A stretch of 64,000 bases of DNA, taken from positions 496,001-560,000 of the forward strand of contig ML996702.1 in assembly GCA_010356995.1 (NCBI GenBank). The letters are read 5' to 3'. Positions 11,588 through 22,690 of the stretch are shown piece after piece. A program made the translations under genes and the position numbers. Source of the stretch: Trichodelitschia bisporula (lineage: Eukaryota). Positions within the stretch are counted from its first letter, which is position 1, and every line of letters starts with the position of its first letter. Under the pieces are notes generated by a model. That model was not told the origin of the DNA. It made no database searches and was given only the letters and a program-made list of their open reading frames with translations.

Positions 11588-13527
11588 CTAAACAAATCCA
11601 GCGCAGGTATACACAGCCTTCTCCCACCGCTCAAACATCTTCTTGCCAGCATCCTTGGCAATCTTGGGCTCGAAGGACGTGGCGCCCTCGGTGTTGATCA
11701 GCTTCAGCTCCTCGATGTCGTTCCACACGCCGACGGCCAGACCGGCGGCAATGGCGGCACCTAGGGCAGTGGTCTCGCGCATCTTGGGCCGAACGACGGG
11801 GATACCGATGAGATCGGACTGGGTCTGCATGCACAGATCCGAGTTGCTCATGCCGCCATCGACGGCGAGAGCCTGCAGCGCCTTGCCGCTGTCCTTCTCC
11901 ATGGCATCGAGAATGGCCTTGGTCTGGTAGCACGTGGCCTCCAGAGTGGCACGGGCAATGTGCCCCTTCTGTGTGTACTGCGTGACACCGACTGCGGATG
12001 TTAGCCAGGAAATTGCGGGAATCGGACCAACTTACGGATCGTTCCGCGGACATCGTCAATCCAGTACGGCGCAAACAGGCCGCTGAAAGCGGTGACGAAA
12101 ACAACACCACCGTTATCGTCTACAGTTTCGGCAAGCTCACCCACGGCCGCGGATGATTCGGCGAAGCCCAGGTTGTTCATCAGGAACTTGACGCCGCTAC
12201 CCGCAACCGCAATGCTGCCCTCAAGCGCATACACGGGCTTGCGCCCGGCGAAGTCGTAAGCCACCGTAGCGAGCAGGCCGTGCGTCGAGATTACAGGCTT
12301 CTCGCCGACGTTGTACAGCAGGAAGCAGCCGGTACCATAGGTGTTCTTGGCCAGGCCGGGCTCGAAGCCCTTCTGACCCACCAGCGCAGCGGACTGGTCG
12401 CCCAGGCAGCCCGTGATAGGCACACCGGCAAGGGCGCCCTCAGCGAGCGACCCATAGACAGTGGGGTCCGACGACTTGACAACCTTGGGCAGGTTGATCT
12501 TGCTGCGGTCAAGCTGGAAGAAGGAGATCAGGCTATCATCATAGTCGAGGGTGTTGAGGTTCATGAACATGGTGCGAGACGCGTTGGTGGGGTCCGAGAC
12601 ATGGACGTTCCGCTCCGGGCCGCCGTTGAGCTTGTACACCAGCCACGAATCGACGGTGCCGAAAGCCAGAGTGCCGTTGTCGTAGGCAGCCTTGACGCGC
12701 GGCACGTGCTGCAGCATCCACAGGAGCTTGGAGCACGACGGGTAGGTGCTCAGAGGCAGACCGCACTTGGCCTGCAGAGCATCGGCACCCGGGCGGGCCT
12801 TGAGCTCGCGCACCAGAGCGGCAGCACGCGTGTCGGTCCAGACGATGGCGTTGTACAGAGGTTGGCCGGTCTTGCTGTCCCAGACCACGGTAGTCTCACG
12901 CTGGTTGGTGATGCCGACGGCCTTGATGTTCTTGGCGGAGTAACCCTTGCTCGTGAGGTCCTTGACCGCGCCCTCGAGGCAGGTTGTGACGGAGGAGACA
13001 AGCTCAAGCGGGTCATGCTCGTGCCATCTGATTGCATGTCAGCACGTGACAGGTGAAGAATTAGGGTTCAAAGCTTACCCGGAGTTGGGGTATATCTGAG
13101 TGAACTCCATCTGGTGGGAGGCCACCGGCTGGCCACTCTTGTTGAAAATCAGAACGCGGGAGCTTGTGGTGCCCTGGTCAATGGCAGCCACGAGCTCCGC
13201 CTCAGGATCCACAACAACCTCTCCATTTTGCTCTTCGACCTTCTCCACGGGCTTCGTCTCCTCGACAGCAACAGGGGCCTCGCCATTCACAGCAGGTTTG
13301 CTTGTGTTCGAGAGTTCTATCTTCTCGAGTCTCTGCTCCAGCTTCTCGTTGGCCTTTTGCAACGACAGCAAAATATCGAGAATCTGCTGGTTGCTGGGCC
13401 CCGCATGCGGTGCTGACGCCGGCGCCAGACTGTCGGTGCGGAGAGGAGTTGCTCCAGACACGATGGACAGCTCGCTCTCAACGGCGCGGTTGAGGTCAGG
13501 CCTCTCGGTGAATTCTTGGGGGGCCAT
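11588..13527 (-). CDS. GUT1: Glycerol kinase; introns 13028-13078 and 11992-12035
   Basis: [74 protein letters not shown]; both introns restore frame. Confidence 0.97.
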
Positions 13528-14267
13528 TTTGGAGACAGATACGCAAGCTGGTGATGGGGTCCTATGAGTCTGGGGAAGAAGGGACAGTAGACACGTTCTT
13601 TAACATCCTATATATGGGGCAGATGGGGCTATATCAACGGGGTAATTGAGGCGGAGCCAAAGCTCCCGCTGGCCGACACTCAAAGCCAAAGGCGGGGAAG
13701 GTAAGGCAGCGTCGCCTCAAAGACCCCACCATATGCCACATGTGACCGATCAGGAGTGAGAAAACAGAGCTAGGAGGAAGGATGAACAAGCCGCGTGGGC
13801 TTATCCCAATCTCCTGAATAGCACGGAAAATTCGGGCCAAGGGGTGTGTGTTTGCGTGTGTATGTGCGGTAGTCAAACAAAGGGTAGTCTTAGCCGAAGC
13901 AGCACTCAGCGCGCATTATTTCTCCCCACGCGCGTAGGGGCGAGGGTTAGTGGCTACATAGTAGTACAGTTCGTACTGCGCCCGACCGTCCGCCGGTGGA
14001 GCCGGCAACCATCCCCGTGGGAAAGGGAGCAAGAGAAACGGTGCAGGCCGAGGATGGTAGTACGGCATGCCATGCGGCAACTCTACTCCGCGAGCTCCTA
14101 ACTAGCTCAAAATCGATACGGACGAGCGTTGAGCCGAGGATCGCCTTCAGTTTCTCCCCCATTCGGGTTCGGGACCGATACTCAGGGTTCAGATTGAATT
14201 CTGGGCATGGGGGATTTGTGGAGTTAATAAGCGGATAGTATGCCGTTTGGAGATGGGGAAGTTGGAG

Positions 14268-14390
14268 GAGGACGAGGGGAAGAGGGGCAGGACGAGGGGG
14301 AAGAGGGACAGGACGAGGGGAAGAGGGGCAGGACGGGAGGAAGAGGGTGGAGGGTGGAGGGTGGAGGGTGGAGGGGTAGGACGGGAGGAA
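14268..14390 (+). repeat. Purine-rich minisatellite (~20-21-nt GGACGAGGGGAAGAGGGGCA units) plus (GGAGGGT)n tract
   Basis: About four copies of the longer unit and five of the heptamer are visible. Confidence 0.8.
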
Positions 14391-14919
14391 TCTCGGGAGA
14401 AAAGATGAGATGGAGGCATAGAGGGCAGAGCGTGAGACCCTGAAAAGCTTCAAAAGTTTGCGACTCTTGAAGATTGGGCGACGATGTGTTGGGGGCCATT
14501 GTCGCGGTCTGAATGTCACTATCCGCTAAAGTTACTATTGTAAAGACGTCCAAATGTTGTCAAGCGCTTTGCTCGAGGTTGCATTGACGTAGGAGCTTCT
14601 TCCGTCAACGCGAGAAGTGCGAAGATGGCCCAACGCCACAGCATCCAGAACCCAAGTCCTGAACGCCTCATCCGCGCTTTCCTGCATGATGATCTCTCAT
14701 TCTGGGCAAAAGCGCGTCGCCTATTTCCGCCCCGCGCTCAGCCGCTGCCGCTACCTTATCCCAACCTTCCTCACCACCATCCCATTTGCAGAGTAGACGC
14801 ACACTAAGCGCGACATCATTGACCCATTTCTCCGACACGCCAGGCGCCCTTTGCCCCAAGCTAGCCATTAAACGCCGCAGCGGAGTCATTCTCGCGCATG
14901 CAACCACACCTGCATCGGC

Positions 14920-14990
14920 CTACTGTCGGCCTACTGCCAACTACTGTCAACTACTCCCAGCTGCTATCAACTACTGCAAACCACTCCGCA
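14920..14990 (+). repeat. Degenerate 10-nt tandem repeat (CTACTGYCAA-like, ~7 copies)
   Basis: ctactgtcggc ctactgccaa ctactgtcaa ctactcccag ctgctatcaa ctactgcaaa ccactccgca. Confidence 0.7.
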
Positions 14991-17072
14991 CTTGGTACAG
15001 TATTTTCAGGTAATCGACTCCGCAGTCGACCCATCTCATCCCCTTCCCCCGCCATCATCCCCGCTACCCGTATCTCCAGCCTCGCATCCCCTCATCTCAC
15101 CCCGCTTAAACCCCGCCTCATTCTCCCTTGTCAGCACTAGACCCCACATCACCGGGCTAATGGTCGTCAGGACGTTGGTAACCCACTGTCGCCACGTCGG
15201 TATGCGTTCTCACAGGCCACGAACCATGCATCAAGCGAGTTCTCAACCGCCGATCCCACCCTTCCCCGCTCCCTTCCCCGGCTTCCCCGGCTTCCCACGC
15301 GTGTACCATCCTTCCATCTAGGACCGTTACAGTGATAGGCCCCCTCGCGTTCGCTTCGAGTTCCAACCCGCATACTAGCCGTGTAGTTGGTGGAGACCTG
15401 GAGACTGGACTCCGCTCCAACTAGGTTTCCCCTCACTGAAATCCCCTCCAACCATTCGGACCCACAGTCGGGGAATTATCACAGGCTATTCACAGGATGA
15501 CATCCAATGAGCGTCTCTTCTTTTCCACCATCATCTTGATGGGCTAGCCTCTCGTGAGCTATTGAGCGATTGCACTGTTTGGTTGACACCAACATCAAGT
15601 GGCGTCGGCCTGTTGGACAGATGGCCGTGATACGGCCCTATTCTGGAAATGTCGTTTACGTTCGCCAGGAGTACCCTGTGCGGGAGGTATGGTCTTGCTA
15701 ATCTACTCCGGACGTCAATCTTCGATCGTGGACGAACTTCACCCGCAAATACTGCACGCAACGACGCGACACCAAATTATAATCCGATCCACACTAGCCG
15801 ACAAAGTCTGCCGGTCGAACCCTGTTAAGTAAGCGTGGGCCTCCCGTCGTAGGTTAAGCTTTGGGAACGAGAAAATTCCCGACATCCGGCGCACGGCGGC
15901 CTCACGGAGCAAACGGCTAGTGTTGCCCTGAATCTGAAATAAACGCGGGACGAGAAACGGGCCTACTGTCTGACCCGCCGCGGTTCTGCTTGTCCCTTCC
16001 AACCGGCTCACTTGGCACCGACTAACAGGTCTTGACATCGACGACGTAACACTGCAGTCGTATTCCGCTCCGCCGGCGCTCGCCACGGTTTATGTGGTCT
16101 TTTAGTGCCACGGCATTGCGCAAGCATGAAGTGAAACCTGCCGTGGAAGAATGGCTGGGCTCGTCGAAAGCGAAGTGAGGTCAGAACGAGGCGTCAAATG
16201 CCTGCTGATGCACGGGTTTGGCGTGCGCAGGAACGCTTGAGATTGGACGGCTCTATGCAGGACTACCGTTGGCTCGCGGGGTACGTCAAAGGCTGAATAA
16301 ACTAGGGACTCGCTGCAAGCAATGTAACCCCGCCAGATTGAGCGTTGACACTCATGGAGTGCTCGGCTTTGAGCGTACAATGGCTTGCCGGTCACATTAC
16401 TTTTATCAATTCATAGTGATACGAGCGATGGCGCACCCCGGGGCGCAATATCTCTCCAAGTCCCTTGTCAGTGCGGCTCTATATTCGATCTGGATGGGTT
16501 TAGATGGCGCGACGCCTATACCACCGCACATGTGGCCAGTGGGGCGATCCCATTATCAACATCATAGATCGCTGCAACTTACGCACAAGCGGGCTGAAGT
16601 GCTGTTCTCAGACTAGGGTTTTGCACAATTCCTCTGAACCATCCGCTGTCTAGCGCCGGGAGTCCGGGGCCGCTCTACATCATCCGCATGGCATAGTCCT
16701 GCCAATATCTCCATCCCCGCTATCGCCTCTCCGCCCCGGCTAACGTCAGTCCAGGATGGGCGATGGTGTGGGTGAGTGGGTTGTCTCCCCCATGGGCTGT
16801 GCTCTCACTCCGCAGTCTCGTCCCAGCCCATCCGTTAGTATGACACCAACCGATCACAAGGTCGACATACCTTCCCTCTAGCCTTGAGCCTAGCGATTCC
16901 ATCACTCCATCTGCTCGGACCCTGCTGTCCGTGCCTAGCGGCTATTGCTCCCTGGAAACGAGCGCGTACCGCAACCTTGGATGGCCTGGCTCCACTTGCT
17001 CAAAGTCCATATTACAAACCCGAGAGTTCTCGATTTTTGTTCCCTCTCACCGTGCTCTCCAATCCATCCATC

Positions 17073-18403
17073 ATGTCCTCCGCCCAGAAGCTCGAACACC
17101 GCACCGGCGACAGCAGCCCCCACTCCTTCTTGGAGGATGGCCAGAAGGGACTGCCGCTCGAGGAGCGCCAACACCACGAGCACCACCATCCGCAAGCTCT
17201 GACTGAGCATGGCGCGCCCATCGACTTCCACACGGAGCAGGCGGACGCCCTCGAATCGAACCCGAATCTTGCGTGGAGCAAGTTCCGCAGGGTGATGCAG
17301 GAGCCCTTCTCCGAGTTCTTCGGCACCTTCGTCATGATTCTGTTCGGCGACGGTGTCGTGGCGCAAGTCACGCTTTCTGGGGGCAAGAATGGCGATTACC
17401 AGAGCATCAATTGGGGTGAGTCGTGATATCCGAGTTTGGTCCGAGAGCCATGCTAACAGTTACAGCTTGGGGGTAAGCTTTTTCCACGCGTTCGATTTTT
17501 TATCCCGCATCGGGGCCCTCGTGGTTTCGTGTCGAGCTTCCCGGTCACCCGGATGCCGGCGGATCGGAACACGAGCCCCGAGCGGCCCGGTGCTCCCGTT
17601 TAGCTCGCTCTCCCAGCCAGTCCCGTAGAATAGTCGCTGACGTATGACAGACTGGGAGTGATGCTCGGCGTGTACTGCGGCGGCAAATCCGGTGGGCACC
17701 TGAACCCCGCCGTGACGTTGGCGAACTGCATCTTCCGCAAGTTCCCCTGGCGCAAGTTCCCGATCTACCTGCTCGCGCAGACGCTGGGCGCCTTCGTCGC
17801 CTCCGGCGTCGTGTATGCAAACTACAAGTCGGCCATTGACCAGTTCGAGGGCGGGCGTGAAATCCGCACCGTCCCCGGTTTCTCCAACCACTCCACCGCC
17901 GGCATCTTCTGCACCTACCCAGCCGAGTTTCTGACGCGCACGGGCATGTTCTTCAGCGAGTTCATCGCTAGCTCCATCCTCATGTTCTGCATCTACGCGC
18001 TGAAGGACGACGGTAACATCGGCGCCGGCAACCTCACCCCCCTTGGGCTGCTGTTCGTCATTTTCGGTCTGGGCAGCTGCTTCGGGTGGGAGACGGGTTA
18101 TGCCATGAACTTTGCGCGCGATTTCGGTCCCCGCTGCATGAGCTTTTTCCTGGGCTACGGGCACGAGGTGTGGAGCGCGGGTAACTACTACTTTTGGGTA
18201 AGCTAGCCCCTGACCATGTGGGGCGGCCTCGTGGCTAACAAGTGGGGCAGATTCCCATGGTTGCGCCCTTCTTCGGCTGTGTCTTTGGCGCTTGGCTGTA
18301 CGATATGTTCATCTACACGGGCGAGAGCCCGATTAATACCCCGTGGATGGGTCTGCGCCGCTTCACCCGCCCCACGAAGAAGGAGTGGTCGAACACTGTC
18401 TAA
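17073..18403 (+). CDS. Aquaglyceroporin (MIP family glycerol facilitator); exons 17073-17415, 17466-17472, 17651-18197, 18251-18403
   Basis: EFFGTFVMILFGDGVVAQV; spliced SINWAWGLGVMLGVY; GHLNPAVT; second box YAMNFARDFGPR with the glyceroporin Asp; YYFW|IPMVAPFFG. Confidence 0.95.
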
Positions 18404-20629
18404 ACGGACGGGGCTTCAATGCGGGGACAGAGGCATGATACGGAGGATACGGTACTTGAGCGCAAGGGCGCGCTGGCATATGTTGAGATAATTTTCTTCC
18501 TCTAAAAGGGATCGGATCGCGGGAGCATAGGTTTGGGGGTGATTGGACACCGCCACGGTTAGGACGATGCACAATGGTCGTTGCGTTTATTACGTCGTAC
18601 GGGTTTAGCTTGGCGCGAGCGATGGAGCAATCTGGTTACGCTGGATATGCGGGATATCTTTCTTTTTCAATGCAGCACCCGATACCCCAATGCATATGTT
18701 GACCGTGCCAAACGTAACAGCTTTCTACGCTGAATGCATATCGAAGATGTCTCAGCCTCGAGGAGCCTCCTTCTCTTTCGGGACCGCAGATACGTCCTGC
18801 ACCCTCCCCCGCACCCCGCAGCGGCCATCATCGATAGGCACAAAACTCAGCACGCCCGCGCGGGCAGCATCGGCTAAACGCGCGCCTGCCGTGCGAGGCT
18901 GGGCTGCGGGCGCCCGGTCCGGCCGAGTGGGCCCAAGGCAGCCGGGTGCGATTCGGGCGTTGTCGGCTCATGCTCGTGAGTAAAGCACGGGCTTCCACGC
19001 GCCGGGTGGGGTTCGGGCACAGCGGGGTTTGTGCCCATGTGGGGGTTGTGAATTTTTCACCTCGTTGAGTATCGAGATCCGGGGATGGACAGATGACTTA
19101 ATGTCCTTCCGGGGAAGGCGCGGATGGAGGATTCTCCGGAGATTGAATGCGGGTTGACAGGTAAGGTCCGGGATTTTTGGGCGTAGGCGGGGGCGCGTGC
19201 GCGTTGCGATCGAGGGCGGGCGGGCTTTGTGCTTCGTCCTTCGTGCGGTCGTGGCCCGGAGTGGTGGGTCGGATTTGGGCGTTAGGGAATCTGCGGTGCG
19301 ACGGTGTGTGGTAATCGAGACTGTAGAGCGCGATCTGCATGTGGTGAGGGTTGAGATTACCTGCTTTGGGGCGGGTTGGAGAAGGGGAAAGGGAGAGGTG
19401 GTTGAGGGGGAAGGTTGAGGCTGTGGTCGGGAAGGCTGGAGTCGTTGACGGGAAGGGACAGCCTTGCTGGCTGGGTGGTGTGTGTGGGAGGAGCGGACTG
19501 CACCACAACAATGGGAGGTGTACTTCTGGGGAGACTCGGTCGTTTCTCTCTTTTCCAATCTTCTCGCACCGCTCACTTCGCCCGGATCAATTGCTGTTTG
19601 GTGGTACATTACTGCAGATGACTGTCCAGACCTCCACTTGACCATTCTTTGTTAGTATCATTTCGTTTCACCCTCTGAGACCACTAAGGACGTCTTTCCG
19701 GACGGTCACACAGCACGGCAGGATGACACGATACTCTCGACTCTCGATTCAATGACTGTGCAGCGGGCCGTTCAGGAAGCGGGCAGATAGACAAGGTGAT
19801 CGAGTTACTAGAACATATCATCGCAATCCAATCCAAGGTACTACGGGAAGATCATCCACACACAACATGCTTACCCGGCACAGATTAATGACGGGCTTCC
19901 TTTGCAAGAAGCGAAGCTACAGCCACCCGATGGAGCGCCATCGAAACAGACTATTCCGAAATGTCCTCTGCAACACGAGCGCTGGCGACAAACTCAAGCA
20001 CTTGGAATGTGAAGTTCAAGTGCAACCCATACCTGCCTGCGGCAGTAAGGCAATAACCACACACGTGCTGTGACGTTGTCACGCACATGAACTCCATTCT
20101 GGCCATCATGGGTCAGAATCTCGGATATGTCGTCGAGAGCACAAGTGAGTTTCCGCGCATGTCGTGTGGGCAGCCGCTAACACCTTGCAGATAGCCAGTT
20201 CATCTTCGACAGCGCCTGGCGCACTGGAGGACACTTGTGCGGTTGAAACAAACATATTAGAGCGGCGCGCCATGGAATATCCGCCTTCATTCGCTCGCGG
20301 AGAGACTGACTCCCTTCTCAATCGGTATGGGCCGGCTGTCCACTCCGATGTCCACTCCTCTCCACTCAGTCCCGGTCGCTCGTCCTTTGCCGCCAGGCTG
20401 AGCACGCCCGATGGCGCTTCGAAGACGGGATCCCGCGCAGCCTGCCTGGCCACTGCGACATTGTTAGTGCCCTCATACACGCAACAATCCTTGAGGCTCT
20501 GCGGGCAACGCACAGCGAGGCTCGCTCACAAATTTCCCAGATCCTTGGTCATCCCGCGGGACACTGGCCAACAATGTGCCGGAGGCAGACTTTACCTTTG
20601 TCATGTTCACGTCGTTTAATTTCACGGAC

Positions 20630-21400
20630 GCAGGGACCAAGGGACACGACCATAGAGCTGGAATGCTTAGCGGTGGTGAAGGCCGCCACCGAAGAGCGTC
20701 GGTTGCGAACGGACGCTTTATCACAACCCGTCCTTCTACAACTCGAACTACGGAGACATGATCCGGAACCAGAAAACACTCAGGGAGTTGGCCAACGATT
20801 ACCGGTGTGCAATCACAGTCAAAGCCCGCTACCCCTCCGAGCCGGCAACCATCGCCCACAACTTTGCGACGATGCACGGTCAACAGCTCCCGCAACAGTT
20901 CACCACCATTACCCAACAGAGGCCACAACAAGCCAAGAATGACGGGTTTTGACTTTACCCCTTCAAGCCTACCCTGACCTTCCGGCACAATGGGACCACC
21001 TGGCAGATGATGCACAAGAGGGGTATGAGGCTCTCGGGGAGGAGGTACAACAGGACTCTACCGAGGGCACCCATTTCTGAAGATCCGCTTTTCGAAAGCA
21101 CCGCTCGGCGTCATGACCAAGAAAGAGGAACAACTTCTCATATTGCTCAGTGGCAGTATGGGCTCGCGGAAATGGACTTCGAGATTCATTTGATGTAAGG
21201 AACGATCACTCGAACCGACGTCTGAGCGACTGAAAGCCTTTAACGACCTTCGAGAGGCCTTTCCCGGCAAGAGATGCCTCGTGCACGCGAAGCGAGATAT
21301 CCCGATGTTCACTGACGTTGACGCTTCGAAAGAGCGCGGAATTGGAGCAGTGGTGTACCACATCAAGTCGGACAATGTCAACAGGTTATCCCTATCTTCG
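20630..21400 (+). mobile_element. Degenerate Ty3/gypsy pol (RT-RNase H) fragments
   Basis: TIELECLAVVKA (~20648), IAQWQYGLAEMDFEIH (~21142), EPTSERLKAFNDLREAF..LVH...MFTDVDASKERGIGAVVYHIK (~21210-21370); interrupted by stops and out of normal order. Confidence 0.7.
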
Positions 21401-21516
21401 TCGTTTGGCGGACAGTTCAGGACACCGACTATGGCACCAATCACACAGACCCCAGCGAGAGAGATGGGTAAAGCGGATGAAAGAATTCTACTGTCACCCG
21501 GGCTCAAGACTATCGC

Positions 21517-21662
21517 GAATTCGGCGGTTCCCGACTGGATTTTCTGACGAACCCAGTTTTGTTGGATATCGATGTGTCTCAACTTTGATGAGAAGTTGGA
21601 GACTTCGCGATATCCAACAGAACTGGGTCCGTCAGAAGATACAGTCGGGAACCGCTGAATTC
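21517..21662. mobile_element. Head-to-head inverted duplication (hairpin) of a Ty1/copia RNase H C-terminal fragment
   Basis: Minus strand reads KLRHIDIQQNWVRQKIQSGTAEF, plus strand reads DIQQNWVRQKIQSGTAEF; 55-bp arms with five differences. Confidence 0.8.
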
Positions 21663-22371
21663 ACCATACCGCCGGCATTCCTAAGCGAAAGGACAGGACG
21701 TGCTACGGGTCCCTCTAGGGCCCATAGAGCTACAGCTTCCGCATGCGGGCTGGTGTTGACCCAGAGGGCTCCGGGGCACTTACCCCCGAGCTGAGGAAGA
21801 CTGGAGTATTTGCACGACAGATCTGTTTGCTTCTCTACTCCTCAACTGGAGACTGTTTGATTTGAACCACTACCTCCAAAAGGTACTTTGGTCCCAGGGA
21901 CATAATCTTCAGTTCTCCGAGGCCTGGGATACTGCTAACTTCGGACAGAGTTCTCAATCGAGGCGGCGGACTGAAGGCCAAATCAGCAGAGTTCCTAATA
22001 GGAGACACCAATGGAAGGGGCAAATTCCACAACGGTACTCCCGCTACCTGGCGTGGTCGTTTCTGCCTCAACCATCGTCGAGGCTCGTCTCATCGGTTTG
22101 GCGATTCTTAACGACTGCATCTTCGTAGGCATATATGCTTCCGATGTGGGGAGAGAATGAGCTGGAATGACGGGACGCAATCGCCAGAGACACGTTTCGC
22201 CACCGGTAGAGCGTTATTGGCGTCTCCCAAGCTTCTTAAGATCATGTGAGACTTGCACGACGTATCGGAGGCACGATGGGACGGGCAAGGCTGTCGATAA
22301 GTCGAGAGATGGAGGAGGAGTTCAGCACAAGATGAAGCAGAAATTTCAGCGAACGACAGAAGCGACAAGAA

Positions 22372-22690
22372 AAGAGGAAAGAGGAAAGAGGAAAGAGGAA
22401 AGAGGAAAGAGGAAAGAGGAAAGAGGAAAGAGGAAAGAGGAAAGAGGAAAGAGGAAAGAGGAAAGNNNNNNNNNNNNNNNNNNNNNNNNNNNNNNNNNNN
22501 NNNNNNNNNNNNNNNNNNNNNNNNNNNNNNNNNNNNNNNNNNNNNNNNNNNNNNNNNNNNNNNNNNNNNNNNNNNNNNNNNNNNNNNNNNNNNNNAAGAG
22601 GAAAGAGGAAAGAGGAAAGAGGAAAGAGGAAAGAGGAAAGAGGAAAGAGGAAAGAGGAAAGAGGAAAGAGGAAAGAGGAAAGAGGAAAGA
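22372..22690 (+). repeat. (GAGGAAA)n heptamer satellite spanning an assembly gap (N, 22466-22595)
   Basis: Perfect repeats on both sides of the N run. Confidence 0.98.

Noticed and set aside
19719..19732. AGGATGACACG resembling part of U6 snRNA
   Set aside because: No ACAGAGA box or flanking U6 sequence
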